Part shown: in pieces, positions 26,787 through 37,181 of the stretch
Position numbering within the stretch: the stretch's first letter is position 1
How the letters are laid out: each line of letters starts with the position of its first letter
Source: an uncultured Clostridiaceae bacterium
Lineage (GTDB): Bacteria > Bacillota > Clostridia > TANB77 > CAG-465
Length of the DNA: 64,000 nucleotides
Reading direction: 5' to 3'
NCBI GenBank assembly: GCA_947381905.1
Contig: CANCXL010000005.1
Location: forward strand, 2,860-66,859
Translations under genes and position numbers: made by a program
The notes under the pieces: model-generated
Told to the model about the DNA's origin: nothing
Databases searched by the model: none
What the model saw: the letters and a program-made list of their open reading frames with translations, nothing else

Positions 26787-28421
26787 ATGATTAAGTACGA
26801 GGTATATGAAGGAGTCTTCGATATGGATTTTGCAGATACTTCTGCAACTTTAGTCGATGCAAGAGAAAAAGGAAGATTAAGAAATATAATAAATAATTTA
26901 AATATGTACGCAGATAATATGAAAACAGTTACTGAAATATATACAAATGTATTGCTAGATGAGAATGTATCATACTTTTTACCTAAAATAACTCAACAAG
27001 ATGTGTTTGCTAGACATTTTCCTGAATTATTTGTTTATAATGAGTATGGAGAGAATCTATTTAACTGTCAACAAAATAGTCAGTATCATAGATATAGTGT
27101 TTTTCATCATATAGTAGCAAGTATAGAAAATGCAAATGTTACTGAAATTTCAATTGCAGATTGGCAAAAGAAAATAATTAAATGGACAATGTTTTTACAT
27201 GATATAGGCAAGCCATATGTAAAAAAAGTTTCAGAAGATGGATCAGAAAGTTTTTCAGGACATGATGAAAAATCTGTGGACTTAGCTGAAAGGATACTTA
27301 GTAGGTTTTATTTTAACGATGAAGAGAAGAGAATAATTTTAACTTTAATTAAATATCATGATAAATATTTAAATGAAGATGAAGTTACACAAGAAAATCT
27401 AACTTTTCTAGCAAAAGAGGTAAATAATGATAGAGAGCTATTTTATTTATTAATAAATGTAAAGGATGCTGATGCTAAATCTAAAAGTACAGATGTATAT
27501 AATCAGTTTAAAGTAATTAAAGAGAAATTCTATGACTTTGCAAATACATATTTTGAGCAAAGCTCTAGAAAGAAAATTGAAATAAAAAAAGCTAATACAC
27601 CAGGAAATAATTTAGAAGAGGAAGTAGAAGAAATCCCAGATAGTAAATTAACAAGTAAAGACATTAAAGAAATAATAGATGAAATTATTACTAAAAAAGC
27701 TATAAAAGTAAGATATCAACCTATTATTGATTTGAAAACTCAACAAGTTTTTGGGTATGAAGCATTATCTCAAATTAGTTCTGCAAAGAGAATAAAAATA
27801 GAAAAATTACTTGAAGTAGCCAAGGATTATAATGATTATGACAAGTTACAACAAGTGTTGTTTACTAATGCTGTTGAACATTTTGAGAATGTAGTAAATA
27901 GAGAGTCAAATATTATAATGGTAAATATAGATTATGATAGTTATGTAAATTATGTTAATAAACCTAGAATATATGATATGATGGCAAGAAATAAAGTTGT
28001 TCTAGAATTTAAAAATTATGATAATAAGGATTTGACAGACATACAAGAAACAATACAAGGAATACATTTACATGGTGGAAAGGTTGCTTTTGATAACTTT
28101 AAATTAGACAAGCTATCTATAGAAGACATATGCTATTTAGATATTGATTATATAATACCAGATATGTCATTTATTAAAGATATATATAAAGATTTTGAAA
28201 AGCAAAAGTTTATAAACAACTTAATAACATATACAATATCTAAAGATATAAATTTGATTGCTTGTGGAGTTGAAGACAAAAGGATACTTGACACATTAAG
28301 ACTTGTTGGTGTAAGACTTGTTCAAGGATTCTATTTTGGAAAACCATTACCTGAAATAAACATGATAAATGAAGATATATTTAATTTATTAAATACAGAA
28401 GAAGATCAATCAATAATGTAA
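26787..28421 (+). CDS. HD-domain / EAL-domain protein; the EAL domain looks catalytically degenerate
   Basis: HD: HRYSVFHHIV...FLHDIGKP...GHDEKS...KYHDKY. EAL: YQPIIDLKTQQVFGYEALSQ ... VQGFYFGKP, but DDFG is FDNF, LKID is IIPD and EGVE is CGVE. Confidence 0.75.
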   Translation: MIKYEVYEGVFDMDFADTSATLVDAREKGRLRNIINNLNMYADNMKTVTEIYTNVLLDENVSYFLPKITQQDVFARHFPELFVYNEYGENLFNCQQNSQYHRYSVFHHIVASIENANVTEISIADWQKKIIKWTMFLHDIGKPYVKKVSEDGSESFSGHDEKSVDLAERILSRFYFNDEEKRIILTLIKYHDKYLNEDEVTQENLTFLAKEVNNDRELFYLLINVKDADAKSKSTDVYNQFKVIKEKFYDFANTYFEQSSRKKIEIKKANTPGNNLEEEVEEIPDSKLTSKDIKEIIDEIITKKAIKVRYQPIIDLKTQQVFGYEALSQISSAKRIKIEKLLEVAKDYNDYDKLQQVLFTNAVEHFENVVNRESNIIMVNIDYDSYVNYVNKPRIYDMMARNKVVLEFKNYDNKDLTDIQETIQGIHLHGGKVAFDNFKLDKLSIEDICYLDIDYIIPDMSFIKDIYKDFEKQKFINNLITYTISKDINLIACGVEDKRILDTLRLVGVRLVQGFYFGKPLPEINMINEDIFNLLNTEEDQSIM

Positions 28422-28635
28422 TTAGACAAGAGAGCAAGACTAAAAATCTTGTTCTCTTTTATTTTACATTGTTTCTAAAATATGATATAAATTAAGCGCG
28501 ATGAAAACATTAAAAATTTATTATTAAACTATTTACAAAAGTATATTTAAGCAATATAATAATGTACTAGAACACTAGTAAAATCAATGCTTTTACGACT
28601 TTTATAAAACTTTATAAAAAAATTAAAAATAGGTG

Positions 28636-28664
28636 TTGACAAACTAAAAAATTAATAGTATAAT
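28636..28664 (+). promoter_or_regulatory. Consensus sigma-A promoter of recA
   Basis: TTGACA (28636-28641), 17-nt spacer, TATAAT (28659-28664). Confidence 0.7.
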
Positions 28665-28670
28665 AGTAAA

Positions 28671-28684
28671 CGAACAAACGTTCT
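28671..28684 (+). promoter_or_regulatory. LexA operator (Gram-positive SOS / Cheo box)
   Basis: CGAACAAACGTTCT matches CGAAC-N4-GTTCG, placed just downstream of the -10 of recA. Confidence 0.8.
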
Positions 28685-28707
28685 AGAACGTATAAGGAGG
28701 AAAGATT

Positions 28708-29778
28708 ATGATATCTGAAGAGAGAAAAAAAGCACTAGACATAGCAATGGCTCAAATAGAAAAAAATTTTGGTAAAGGAGCAGTAATGAAACTTGGAGAA
28801 GTTGGAGATGTTAGTATTGATACGATACCATCTGGAGCTTTAAGTTTAGATATAGCACTAGGAATTGGAGGATTCCCTAGAGGAAGAATAATTGAAATAT
28901 TTGGACCTGAATCATCAGGTAAAACAACTGTAGCATTACATGCAATAGCAGAAGCACAAAAACTAGGCGGAATAGCAGCATTTATTGATGCAGAGCATGC
29001 TCTAGATCCTGTATATGCAAGAAATTTAGGAGTAGATGTAGATAATTTAATTGTTGCTCAACCAGATACAGGAGAACAAGCTCTTGAAATAGCAGAGCAA
29101 CTTGTTAGAAGCGGAGCGGTTGATATCATAACTATTGACTCTGTTGCAGCATTAGTTCCAAAAGCTGAAATTGATGGTGAGATGGGTGATTCACATGTTG
29201 GTCTACAAGCTAGACTTATGTCACAAGCTTTAAGAAAATTAACAGGTGTTTTAAATAAATCAAATACTGTAGCAATATTTATTAACCAATTACGTGAAAA
29301 AGTTGGTATTATGTTTGGAAATCCAGAAACAACTCCTGGTGGAAGAGCTTTAAAATTCTATTCATCAGTAAGACTTGATGTAAGAAAACAAGAGGCAATA
29401 AAAATAAACGGAGAAGTAATGGGTACTAGAACAAAAGTAAAAGTTGTAAAAAATAAGGTTGCACCTCCATTTAGAGAAGCTGTTTTTGATATAGTATATG
29501 GAAAAGGTATTTCTAATGAAGGTTGCGTACTTGATCTTGCTACAGATATGAATATTGTAGATAAGAGTGGGGCATGGTTCTCATACAATGGACAAAAAAT
29601 TGGTCAAGGTAGAGAAAATGCTAAAGTATACTTTACTGAACATCCAGAGGTTATGAAGGAAATTGAAGACAAAGTAAGAGAAAATTTCAAAGTAGCTTTT
29701 GAAAATAGTATGAATGGCGGAAAAGTAGATGAAGATGTTGAAGAAGTAGAAGCTGAAGAATTTTTAGATGAAGAATAA
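28708..29778 (+). CDS. recA: Recombinase RecA
   Basis: GPESSGKTT Walker A; [20 protein letters not shown]; [10 protein letters not shown]. Confidence 0.98.
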   Translation: MISEERKKALDIAMAQIEKNFGKGAVMKLGEVGDVSIDTIPSGALSLDIALGIGGFPRGRIIEIFGPESSGKTTVALHAIAEAQKLGGIAAFIDAEHALDPVYARNLGVDVDNLIVAQPDTGEQALEIAEQLVRSGAVDIITIDSVAALVPKAEIDGEMGDSHVGLQARLMSQALRKLTGVLNKSNTVAIFINQLREKVGIMFGNPETTPGGRALKFYSSVRLDVRKQEAIKINGEVMGTRTKVKVVKNKVAPPFREAVFDIVYGKGISNEGCVLDLATDMNIVDKSGAWFSYNGQKIGQGRENAKVYFTEHPEVMKEIEDKVRENFKVAFENSMNGGKVDEDVEEVEAEEFLDEE

Positions 29779-29784
29779 TAAAAA

Positions 29785-29808
29785 AGACGCATGAAAATGC
29801 GTCTTTTA
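29785..29808 (+). terminator. Hairpin after recA (possible partial terminator before recX)
   Basis: AGACGCAT-GAAA-ATGCGTCT followed by TTT. Confidence 0.6.
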
Positions 29809-29824
29809 GTATAAGGAGAGACAT

Positions 29825-31155
<1,331 letters not shown>

Positions 31156-31335
31156 TAGCACTAAAATATAAGAAACACTTATATTTTAGTGTATTTTATT
31201 ATATAAATAGTGTATAATCTAGTTGTAGGAGTTAGTGCCATGAGAAAAAATAAAAAAGATGAAATAGATAAAATGTTGTAATTAGAAGAAAAATAAGATA
31301 ACTTACTATTTTAGATGACAAGGGGGAAAATATAG

Positions 31336-31536
31336 ATGAGTAAATTAAATAAGAAAAACAAAGTTATATGCCCTAAATGTGGCAGTGATAAAGTAAGAGA
31401 GTATATATATGGACTAATAAGAGGACCAATTCCAGAGGGCTGTGTTTGTGGAGGATGCTTTGTAGGACCAGATAATCCAATATATTATTGTGATAGTTGT
31501 AATAGTGATATATATGCGAATGATTTAAAGAAGTAG
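31336..31536 (+). CDS. Small zinc-ribbon protein
   Basis: 66 aa with CPKCGS ... CVCGGC ... CDSCNS cysteine pairs; RBS AGGGGG. Confidence 0.5.
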   Translation: MSKLNKKNKVICPKCGSDKVREYIYGLIRGPIPEGCVCGGCFVGPDNPIYYCDSCNSDIYANDLKK

Positions 31537-31589
31537 TTGAATTAAAATAAAAAATAATATATAATCAAGTTATAATTTTGGAGGTTAAT

Positions 31590-32336
31590 ATGAAAATAAG
31601 TACACCAACACCACATAATAAAGCAAAATTAGGAGATATAGCAAAAACAGTATTAATGCCAGGAGATCCATTAAGAGCTAAATATATAGCTGAGAATTTT
31701 TTAGAAGACGCAAAGTTATATAATGACGTAAGAGGAATGCTTGGATATACTGGAAAATATAAAGGAGTCACTATTTCAGTACAAGGTAGTGGAATGGGAG
31801 TTCCTTCAATGGGAATTTATTCTAAAGAGCTATATGAAGGTTATGATGTAGATAATATAATTCGTATAGGAAGTGCAGGTTCTTTAGATAATGATGATGC
31901 AAGTGATATTTGTAAATCTGTGGATCTAGGAGATATTGTTATTGCAACAGATGTAGATACAGATTCAAATTATATTGTTGCAAATGAATATGATGTATAT
32001 CCTTCAGCATCAGATAAATTGCTAGATATTGCAAAAGAAAAAAGTAGAGATAGGAACAATATAAAAATAGGAACAGTGTATACATCAGATACATTTTATA
32101 TGGATCATAGACTACTTAAACAAATGTCTAAAAATGATGTTATGGGAGTAGAGATGGAAACTTTAGCACTGTATACTAATGCAAAAGTTGCAAATAAAAA
32201 TGCGCTAGCACTATTTACTGTAACAGATAAACTTTTAAGAGGAATTTCTGTACCTGCCGAAGATAGGCAATTAGGACTTAACCAAATGATAGAACTTGCA
32301 TTAGAAATAGCATATGAACTAGAAAAGGATAGATAA
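31590..32336 (+). CDS. deoD: Purine nucleoside phosphorylase, DeoD type
   Basis: TPHNKAKLGDIAKTVLMPGDPLRAKYIAE...SVQGSGMGVPS...RIGSAGS...GVEMET. Confidence 0.92.
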   Translation: MKISTPTPHNKAKLGDIAKTVLMPGDPLRAKYIAENFLEDAKLYNDVRGMLGYTGKYKGVTISVQGSGMGVPSMGIYSKELYEGYDVDNIIRIGSAGSLDNDDASDICKSVDLGDIVIATDVDTDSNYIVANEYDVYPSASDKLLDIAKEKSRDRNNIKIGTVYTSDTFYMDHRLLKQMSKNDVMGVEMETLALYTNAKVANKNALALFTVTDKLLRGISVPAEDRQLGLNQMIELALEIAYELEKDR

Positions 32337-32337
32337 T

Positions 32338-33126
32338 ATGACAAACGTAGAAAAAATAGAGGATTTCAAATTTAATATTGAGAACTTTGAAGGACCTTTA
32401 GATTTGCTATTATACTTAATATCTAAAAACAAAAAGGATATTTTTGAAATATCATTAAGCGAACTTACAGATGAGTATGTTGCATATTTACAAGAACTTA
32501 ATGAAAATAATATAGAAATTGCATCAGAGTTTGTAGTAATGGCAGCTACATTATTAGATATTAAGGCAAGAAAACTACTTCCACAATTAGATGAAGAGGA
32601 AGAAGAAGAGCAAATTTCAGAGGAAGAAATCCTAAGAAGAATTTCTCAATATAAAATATATAAGGAAATTGCAGAAAAAATTAATATAATGTATAAAGAA
32701 AATTTTGGATCTTTTACAAAGTCATTTGAGAAAATAAAGTTTAATAAAAAAATAGAATATACTGGTGAGAAATTTACACCACAAGATATTTTTAATAATT
32801 ACTCAAATGTATTGTTTAGAAATCAAAATAAAATAAATAAACAAGCAAGAGAAATTGAAAAAATTGCAGTTTATGAAAAATATACTGTTCAAGATAAGGT
32901 TAAGCAAATAGTAGGATACTTAAATGAAAATAAAAATATGGTATTTAATAACGTATTTAATGATAAATGTGAAAATATAGAAGTAGTTACAGCTTTTTTA
33001 GGAGTTTTAGAACTTAGTAAAATGAAACAAGTAGATATAGAGCAACAATACTTATTTTCAGATATAAATGTAATAAAGAAAAATGAAGCAAGTATTAATA
33101 TTGATACATCGACTTTAAATTATTAG
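32338..33126 (+). CDS. scpA: Segregation and condensation protein A
   Basis: FEGPLDLLLYLISKNKKDIFEISLSELTDEY...; C-terminal VTAFLGVLELSK. Confidence 0.88.
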   Translation: MTNVEKIEDFKFNIENFEGPLDLLLYLISKNKKDIFEISLSELTDEYVAYLQELNENNIEIASEFVVMAATLLDIKARKLLPQLDEEEEEEQISEEEILRRISQYKIYKEIAEKINIMYKENFGSFTKSFEKIKFNKKIEYTGEKFTPQDIFNNYSNVLFRNQNKINKQAREIEKIAVYEKYTVQDKVKQIVGYLNENKNMVFNNVFNDKCENIEVVTAFLGVLELSKMKQVDIEQQYLFSDINVIKKNEASINIDTSTLNY

Positions 33127-33204
33127 TGCAACAAAATGTTGCACTTTTTTTATGCATATTGGTCATAGCATATGAATATATAATACTAGGATGGTGATAA
33201 AAAG

Positions 33205-33456
33205 ATGTTAAGATGCATAGGAAAAAATATAGTAATTGAACAAAGTTCTGAAAGTGAGTATGAGAGAAATGGAATTATAATTAAAAATAGTAGTAATTCA
33301 AATTTGATTGGTAATGTGTATTGCGTTGGTAATGATGTGATAGATATTAAAGTTGGGGATAAAGTTATATATAGCGAGCATGATGCAAAGAAAATAATAT
33401 ATGATAGTAATGAATATTACGTTATAAAAGAAAACGATGTGTTAGCTATAATATAG
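33205..33456 (+). CDS. Divergent, short co-chaperonin GroES (Cpn10) homologue
   Basis: 83 aa. MLRCIGKNIVIE...NGIIIK...KVGDKVIYSEHDAKKIIYDSNEYYVIKENDVLAII parallels MLKPLGDRVVIE...SGIVLP...KEGDRIIFSKYAGTEV...YLILRESDILAVI. Confidence 0.7.
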   Translation: MLRCIGKNIVIEQSSESEYERNGIIIKNSSNSNLIGNVYCVGNDVIDIKVGDKVIYSEHDAKKIIYDSNEYYVIKENDVLAII

Positions 33457-33465
33457 GAGGGGAAA

Positions 33466-35043
33466 ATGAAAAAGATATTATATGGAATAGATGCTAAAGA
33501 GGCAATTTTAAGAGGTGTAGAAAAACTTGCAAATGCTGTCAGTATAACTATTGGACCTAAAGGTAAAAATGTGGCATTAAAGAATGAATACTCATCACCA
33601 GTAATAATTAATGATGGAGTAACAATTGCAAGAGAAATTGAACTTGATGATGAAATAGAAAATATGGGTGCAGAACTTTTAAAAGAAGTTGCTATGAAGA
33701 CAAATGATATTGCAGGAGATGGAACAACAACAGCAACAATACTTGCATATCAAATGGTAAAAGAAGGTATGAAAAATATTGTATCAGGAGCAAATCCTGT
33801 AAAAATTAGAAATGGAATGAATAGTACCTTAAAAGAAGTTGTAAGAGAAATAAAACATAAATCTATTAAAATTAATTCTAATGATCAAATAAAAGAGATA
33901 GCAATAATTTCTTCAGGTGATGAAGAAATAGGAAATATTATTTCTAAAGCTATAGATATGATAGGAAAAGAAGGAATAATTACAATAGATGAATCAAAAA
34001 CTACTCATACACAACTTAATATTGTTGAAGGATTGAAAATAAATAATGGATATATATCTTCGTATATGATGGGAGATAGTGTAAAAAATGAAGAGATTCT
34101 CGAAAATCCATATATATTACTTTGCAATAGAAAAATAACAAATATTCAAGAAATTCTTCCTATTGTAGAAAAAGTGTCTCAAAGCGGAAGACCTCTACTT
34201 ATGATTGTTGAAGATATTGAAGGAGAAGCACTTGCAACATTAATTATAAACAAAGTTAGAGGAACTTTTAATTCAATAGCAGTAAAGGCTCCAAGCTTTG
34301 GAGAGGGTAGAAGAGATATATTAGAAGATATAGCTGTAGCAACTGGTACAATAATAATAGATGAAGAAAGAATATTAGATATAAAAAATATTAATTTAGA
34401 AGATTTAGGTAGTGCTAAAACTGTAAAAATATCTAAAGATAGTACTATTATTTTAAGAGGAAATGGTGATCCACATTTAATAGAAGAAAAAATTGAAAAA
34501 ATAAAAAGTGAGATTTTAGAACAAAATGATGAGGGTGAGATAAAGAGACTAAGAAAAAGACTTTCAAGACTGCTTGGAGGAGTGGCTGTAATAGAAGTTG
34601 GAGCTACAACACAAACTGAGCTAAATGAGAGGAAGTTAAGAATAGAGGATGCTCTTTCTGCTACTAGAGCTGCAATCGAAGAAGGTATTGTAGATGGTGG
34701 AGGAAAGACATATATTGATGTACAAAAAGAAATAAAGGGCTTTGTGCAAAGACTTGAAGCCGAAGAAAGAGTTGGAGGAGAAATAGTTCTTAAAGCTCTT
34801 GAAAAACCACTATATCAAATAGCAGAAAATGCCGGGAAAAATGGTGATGTTATTGTTCAAAAGGTTAAAGATATGGGGGCAGGATATGATGCAAGTAATG
34901 ATACATTTTGTGATATGAAACAAAATGGGATAATTGATCCTACTAAAGTTACAAGAACAGCAATAGAAAATGCTGTATCAATTGCATCTATGATTCTTAC
35001 AACTGACGTTGCAATATGTGCAGTAGATAAATTAAATAATTAA
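33466..35043 (+). CDS. Divergent group I chaperonin GroEL (Cpn60) homologue lacking the C-terminal Gly-Met tail
   Basis: INDGVTIAREIEL, AGDGTTTATILA, KITNIQEILPIVE, EDIEGEALATLIINK, GGVAVIEVGA, EEGIVDGGG, IIDPTKVTR. Ends ...AICAVDKLNN with no GGM repeats. Confidence 0.85.
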   Translation: MKKILYGIDAKEAILRGVEKLANAVSITIGPKGKNVALKNEYSSPVIINDGVTIAREIELDDEIENMGAELLKEVAMKTNDIAGDGTTTATILAYQMVKEGMKNIVSGANPVKIRNGMNSTLKEVVREIKHKSIKINSNDQIKEIAIISSGDEEIGNIISKAIDMIGKEGIITIDESKTTHTQLNIVEGLKINNGYISSYMMGDSVKNEEILENPYILLCNRKITNIQEILPIVEKVSQSGRPLLMIVEDIEGEALATLIINKVRGTFNSIAVKAPSFGEGRRDILEDIAVATGTIIIDEERILDIKNINLEDLGSAKTVKISKDSTIILRGNGDPHLIEEKIEKIKSEILEQNDEGEIKRLRKRLSRLLGGVAVIEVGATTQTELNERKLRIEDALSATRAAIEEGIVDGGGKTYIDVQKEIKGFVQRLEAEERVGGEIVLKALEKPLYQIAENAGKNGDVIVQKVKDMGAGYDASNDTFCDMKQNGIIDPTKVTRTAIENAVSIASMILTTDVAICAVDKLNN

Positions 35044-35045
35044 AT

Positions 35046-35079
35046 CAAAAAAGAGATTCTATTATAGAATCTCTTTTGT
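35046..35079. terminator. Bidirectional terminator between the groEL-like gene and a convergent membrane protein gene
   Basis: AAGAGATTCT-ATTAT-AGAATCTCTT flanked by an A-run and a T-run. Confidence 0.7.
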
Positions 35080-35080
35080 A

Positions 35081-35527
35081 TTATTTAGATATAGTTTTAT
35101 ATAAGTTATTTAATTTAGTAAAACGTACTATAAAAGTTAGTACACATGCAAAAATGGAAATAATAGACAAGATAAGTGAAATTTTAGTTATAAGCTGTCT
35201 ACCATCTTTAGAAAATGCTTTCTTTGAAATTATGAATGCTGGTATAGATAATGCTAGAGAAAATATAGTTTGTTTAAATAACAGTGCAATAGCAATTAAA
35301 GACAATACAATGGATATTATTGAGAAGAATTTCACCTTTTCTTTAGATATTCTAATCATATTTGCTACATTCATAGTTATTACTAAAGTTAAAATACCAA
35401 GTATAGATGGTATTAAGTTATATTTTTCACTTTTTATTACCACAAACATACATAATAACAAGAATAATACTAATATTATTGTTGCAATTTTTATAATTAA
35501 ATTTCCTTTACTTTTTTCTTGTTTCAT
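35081..35527 (-). CDS. Hypothetical membrane protein (about 4 TM)
   Basis: Preferred over the overlapping + strand ORF: RBS AGAGGTG 7 nt before ATG 35527, N-terminus MKQEKSKGNL then regular TM segments. Confidence 0.55.
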   Translation of the reverse strand: MKQEKSKGNLIIKIATIILVLFLLLCMFVVIKSEKYNLIPSILGILTLVITMNVANMIRISKEKVKFFSIISIVLSLIAIALLFKQTIFSLALSIPAFIISKKAFSKDGRQLITKISLILSIISIFACVLTFIVRFTKLNNLYKTISK

Positions 35528-35689
35528 TTTTAAACACCTCTTTTTTTGTATTATATTATATAAGAAATATAAAGTCAAATAAAAAAATATCAAGAAAATA
35601 AACAATATTAAGTAAAACTAAATTTAAGTAACACTTGCAAATACTATATTTTTAAGGTATAATTATATGTATGAAAATAGGAGAAAAAG

Positions 35690-36085
35690 ATGGACGAATA
35701 TATAAATAATATAGATATTCAAACAGTCTCAGCACAAACTCTAGCATTTATAGGAGACGCTGTGTATAATGTGTATATTAGAACATATTTAACTAGTATA
35801 TCTACTGCAAAGGCAGGAATATTACACAAAGCTTCAATAAAGTATGTAAGTGCCAAAGGACAAGCACATACAATAGATATGTTAATGGATGAACTAACTG
35901 AAGAAGAGATTTTAGTATATAAAAGAGGAAGAAATACAAATATAGCGACAGTTTCAAAAAATGTTGATGTTGTAGAATACAAAAAGGCTACAGGATTTGA
36001 GTGTTTAATAGGATATCTATATGTTACTAAAAATAATAAAAGACTAGATGAAATTGTAAAAAAATGTATAGATTGTTTTAAATAG
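35690..36085 (+). CDS. mrnC: Mini-ribonuclease 3
   Basis: LAFIGDAVYNVYIRTYL RNase III-like signature; 131 aa; ...ATGFECLIGYLY. Confidence 0.88.
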   Translation: MDEYINNIDIQTVSAQTLAFIGDAVYNVYIRTYLTSISTAKAGILHKASIKYVSAKGQAHTIDMLMDELTEEEILVYKRGRNTNIATVSKNVDVVEYKKATGFECLIGYLYVTKNNKRLDEIVKKCIDCFK

Positions 36086-36096
36086 GAGGGATGTAT

Positions 36097-36609
36097 ATGA
36101 ATATAAAAGATGAGAATTATTTAGAGGATACTTTAAAAAAAGAGGTTGAAAAAAATGGTGGAGCAAATCTTTCAAAAAAAGAAAAAGAAGCTCTAATGCA
36201 AGAGGCAAAAGTTACAATAGATTTTTTAAATAAAGTAGATGAGGTAGAATTACCAAAAGACAATTACGTTATATTTACTGACGGAAATGAACAATTATAT
36301 TATGAAAATGGAGAATTTTATATTATTTCTACTACTAATGGTCTAAAAAAGAAAATAAAAAGAACTAAAAAAGAAGCAACAGATATGTATCTTGATTACT
36401 TTATTAAATATCAATTGAACCCAATTCTTGATGCAAGAGGAGAAAGTACTCAAGTACAAAGAAATGTTCCTACAAAACAACAAAATGATAGAAATATTGA
36501 AGTAGAAGTAAAAGAGGAAATAAAACAAGAGATTGTTCCAGATATAGATGAGCAAAAGTCTGTGCAAGAAAAAGAGAAAAAATTTGAAATGGATGACAGA
36601 GAAATATAA
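36097..36609 (+). CDS. Hypothetical acidic/lysine-rich protein
   Basis: ORF with RBS AGGAGGG. No recognisable motif; low-complexity C-terminus. The track ORF begins at 36091. Confidence 0.45.
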   Translation: MNIKDENYLEDTLKKEVEKNGGANLSKKEKEALMQEAKVTIDFLNKVDEVELPKDNYVIFTDGNEQLYYENGEFYIISTTNGLKKKIKRTKKEATDMYLDYFIKYQLNPILDARGESTQVQRNVPTKQQNDRNIEVEVKEEIKQEIVPDIDEQKSVQEKEKKFEMDDREI

Positions 36610-36650
36610 AATTAAACCTACCTTTTAATTTTTAAAGGTAGGTTTTTTTC

Positions 36651-36893
36651 TTAGCAAATTGCAGATTTAACTTGATCGATATCTGCCTGACCTGCAGGAG
36701 CCGCAGGAACATAATATCCTTTTTCTTTTGCAATTAAATATATTTGCCATTGATAATTTTCTAGTGAATTTCTAGAAGTTATTAAAGTATCTCTAAAATT
36801 TTTATCATTTGACTGTTCAATACTATATTCTATTAGTTTTATTAAACCATTTAATGTAGATAATACATCATTTACACCTATTTTCTCTGTCAT
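36651..36893 (-). CDS. Coat F domain (spore coat protein F-like) small protein
   Basis: LENYQWQIYLIAKEKGYYVPAAPAGQADIDQV matches the C-terminal Coat F pattern (Q..Y......GWY..P.A....I..V). Confidence 0.6.
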   Translation of the reverse strand: MTEKIGVNDVLSTLNGLIKLIEYSIEQSNDKNFRDTLITSRNSLENYQWQIYLIAKEKGYYVPAAPAGQADIDQVKSAIC

Positions 36894-36904
36894 TTTTATT
36901 CACC

Positions 36905-37087
36905 TCACAACATATTAGATAATTCAGATTTTAAATTAGTACATTCGTTACAAATGTCATCAAATACAGTTGTAACGTTAGTATCTGAAGTTAACGTTTT
37001 ATAATAATTGATTTTTGAGCAGAACTCAGTTGAATGACCACATATGTGTCTTATGTTTTGAATTTCAATTTGATTTAAATTATTCAT
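36905..37087 (-). CDS. Small Cys-containing protein co-transcribed with the Coat F gene
   Basis: 60-aa ORF, RBS AAGGAGG, 11 nt upstream of the Coat F gene. Confidence 0.45.
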   Translation of the reverse strand: MNNLNQIEIQNIRHICGHSTEFCSKINYYKTLTSDTNVTTVFDDICNECTNLKSELSNML

Positions 37088-37181
37088 AATAACCTCCTTT
37101 TAAATCACTATAATTATTATTTGTAAATTGTAGAAAGTTATTCATAAATATGATATTATATTAAAAAAAGGAGGACTTAAA

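Noticed and set aside
28567-28578. Second LexA-like site CTAGAACACTAG about 100 nt upstream of the recA SOS box
   Set aside because: It has a GAAC arm but no GTTC partner at the N4 spacing, and it lies upstream of the -35. Probably fortuitous.
33127-33204. Palindrome TTAGTGCAAC-AAAA-TGTTGCACT upstream of the groES-like gene, which at first glance looks like a CIRCE operator
   Set aside because: CIRCE is TTAGCACTC-N9-GAGTGCTAA. Here the spacer is 4 nt, the arms differ, and a T-run follows. It is the scpA terminator.
35076-35582. 168-aa plus-strand ORF mirroring the minus-strand membrane protein
   Set aside because: It starts inside the bidirectional terminator and has no RBS. The minus-strand ORF has an AGAGGTG RBS and a sensible N-terminus, so only one strand can be real. 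I chose minus, but with moderate confidence.
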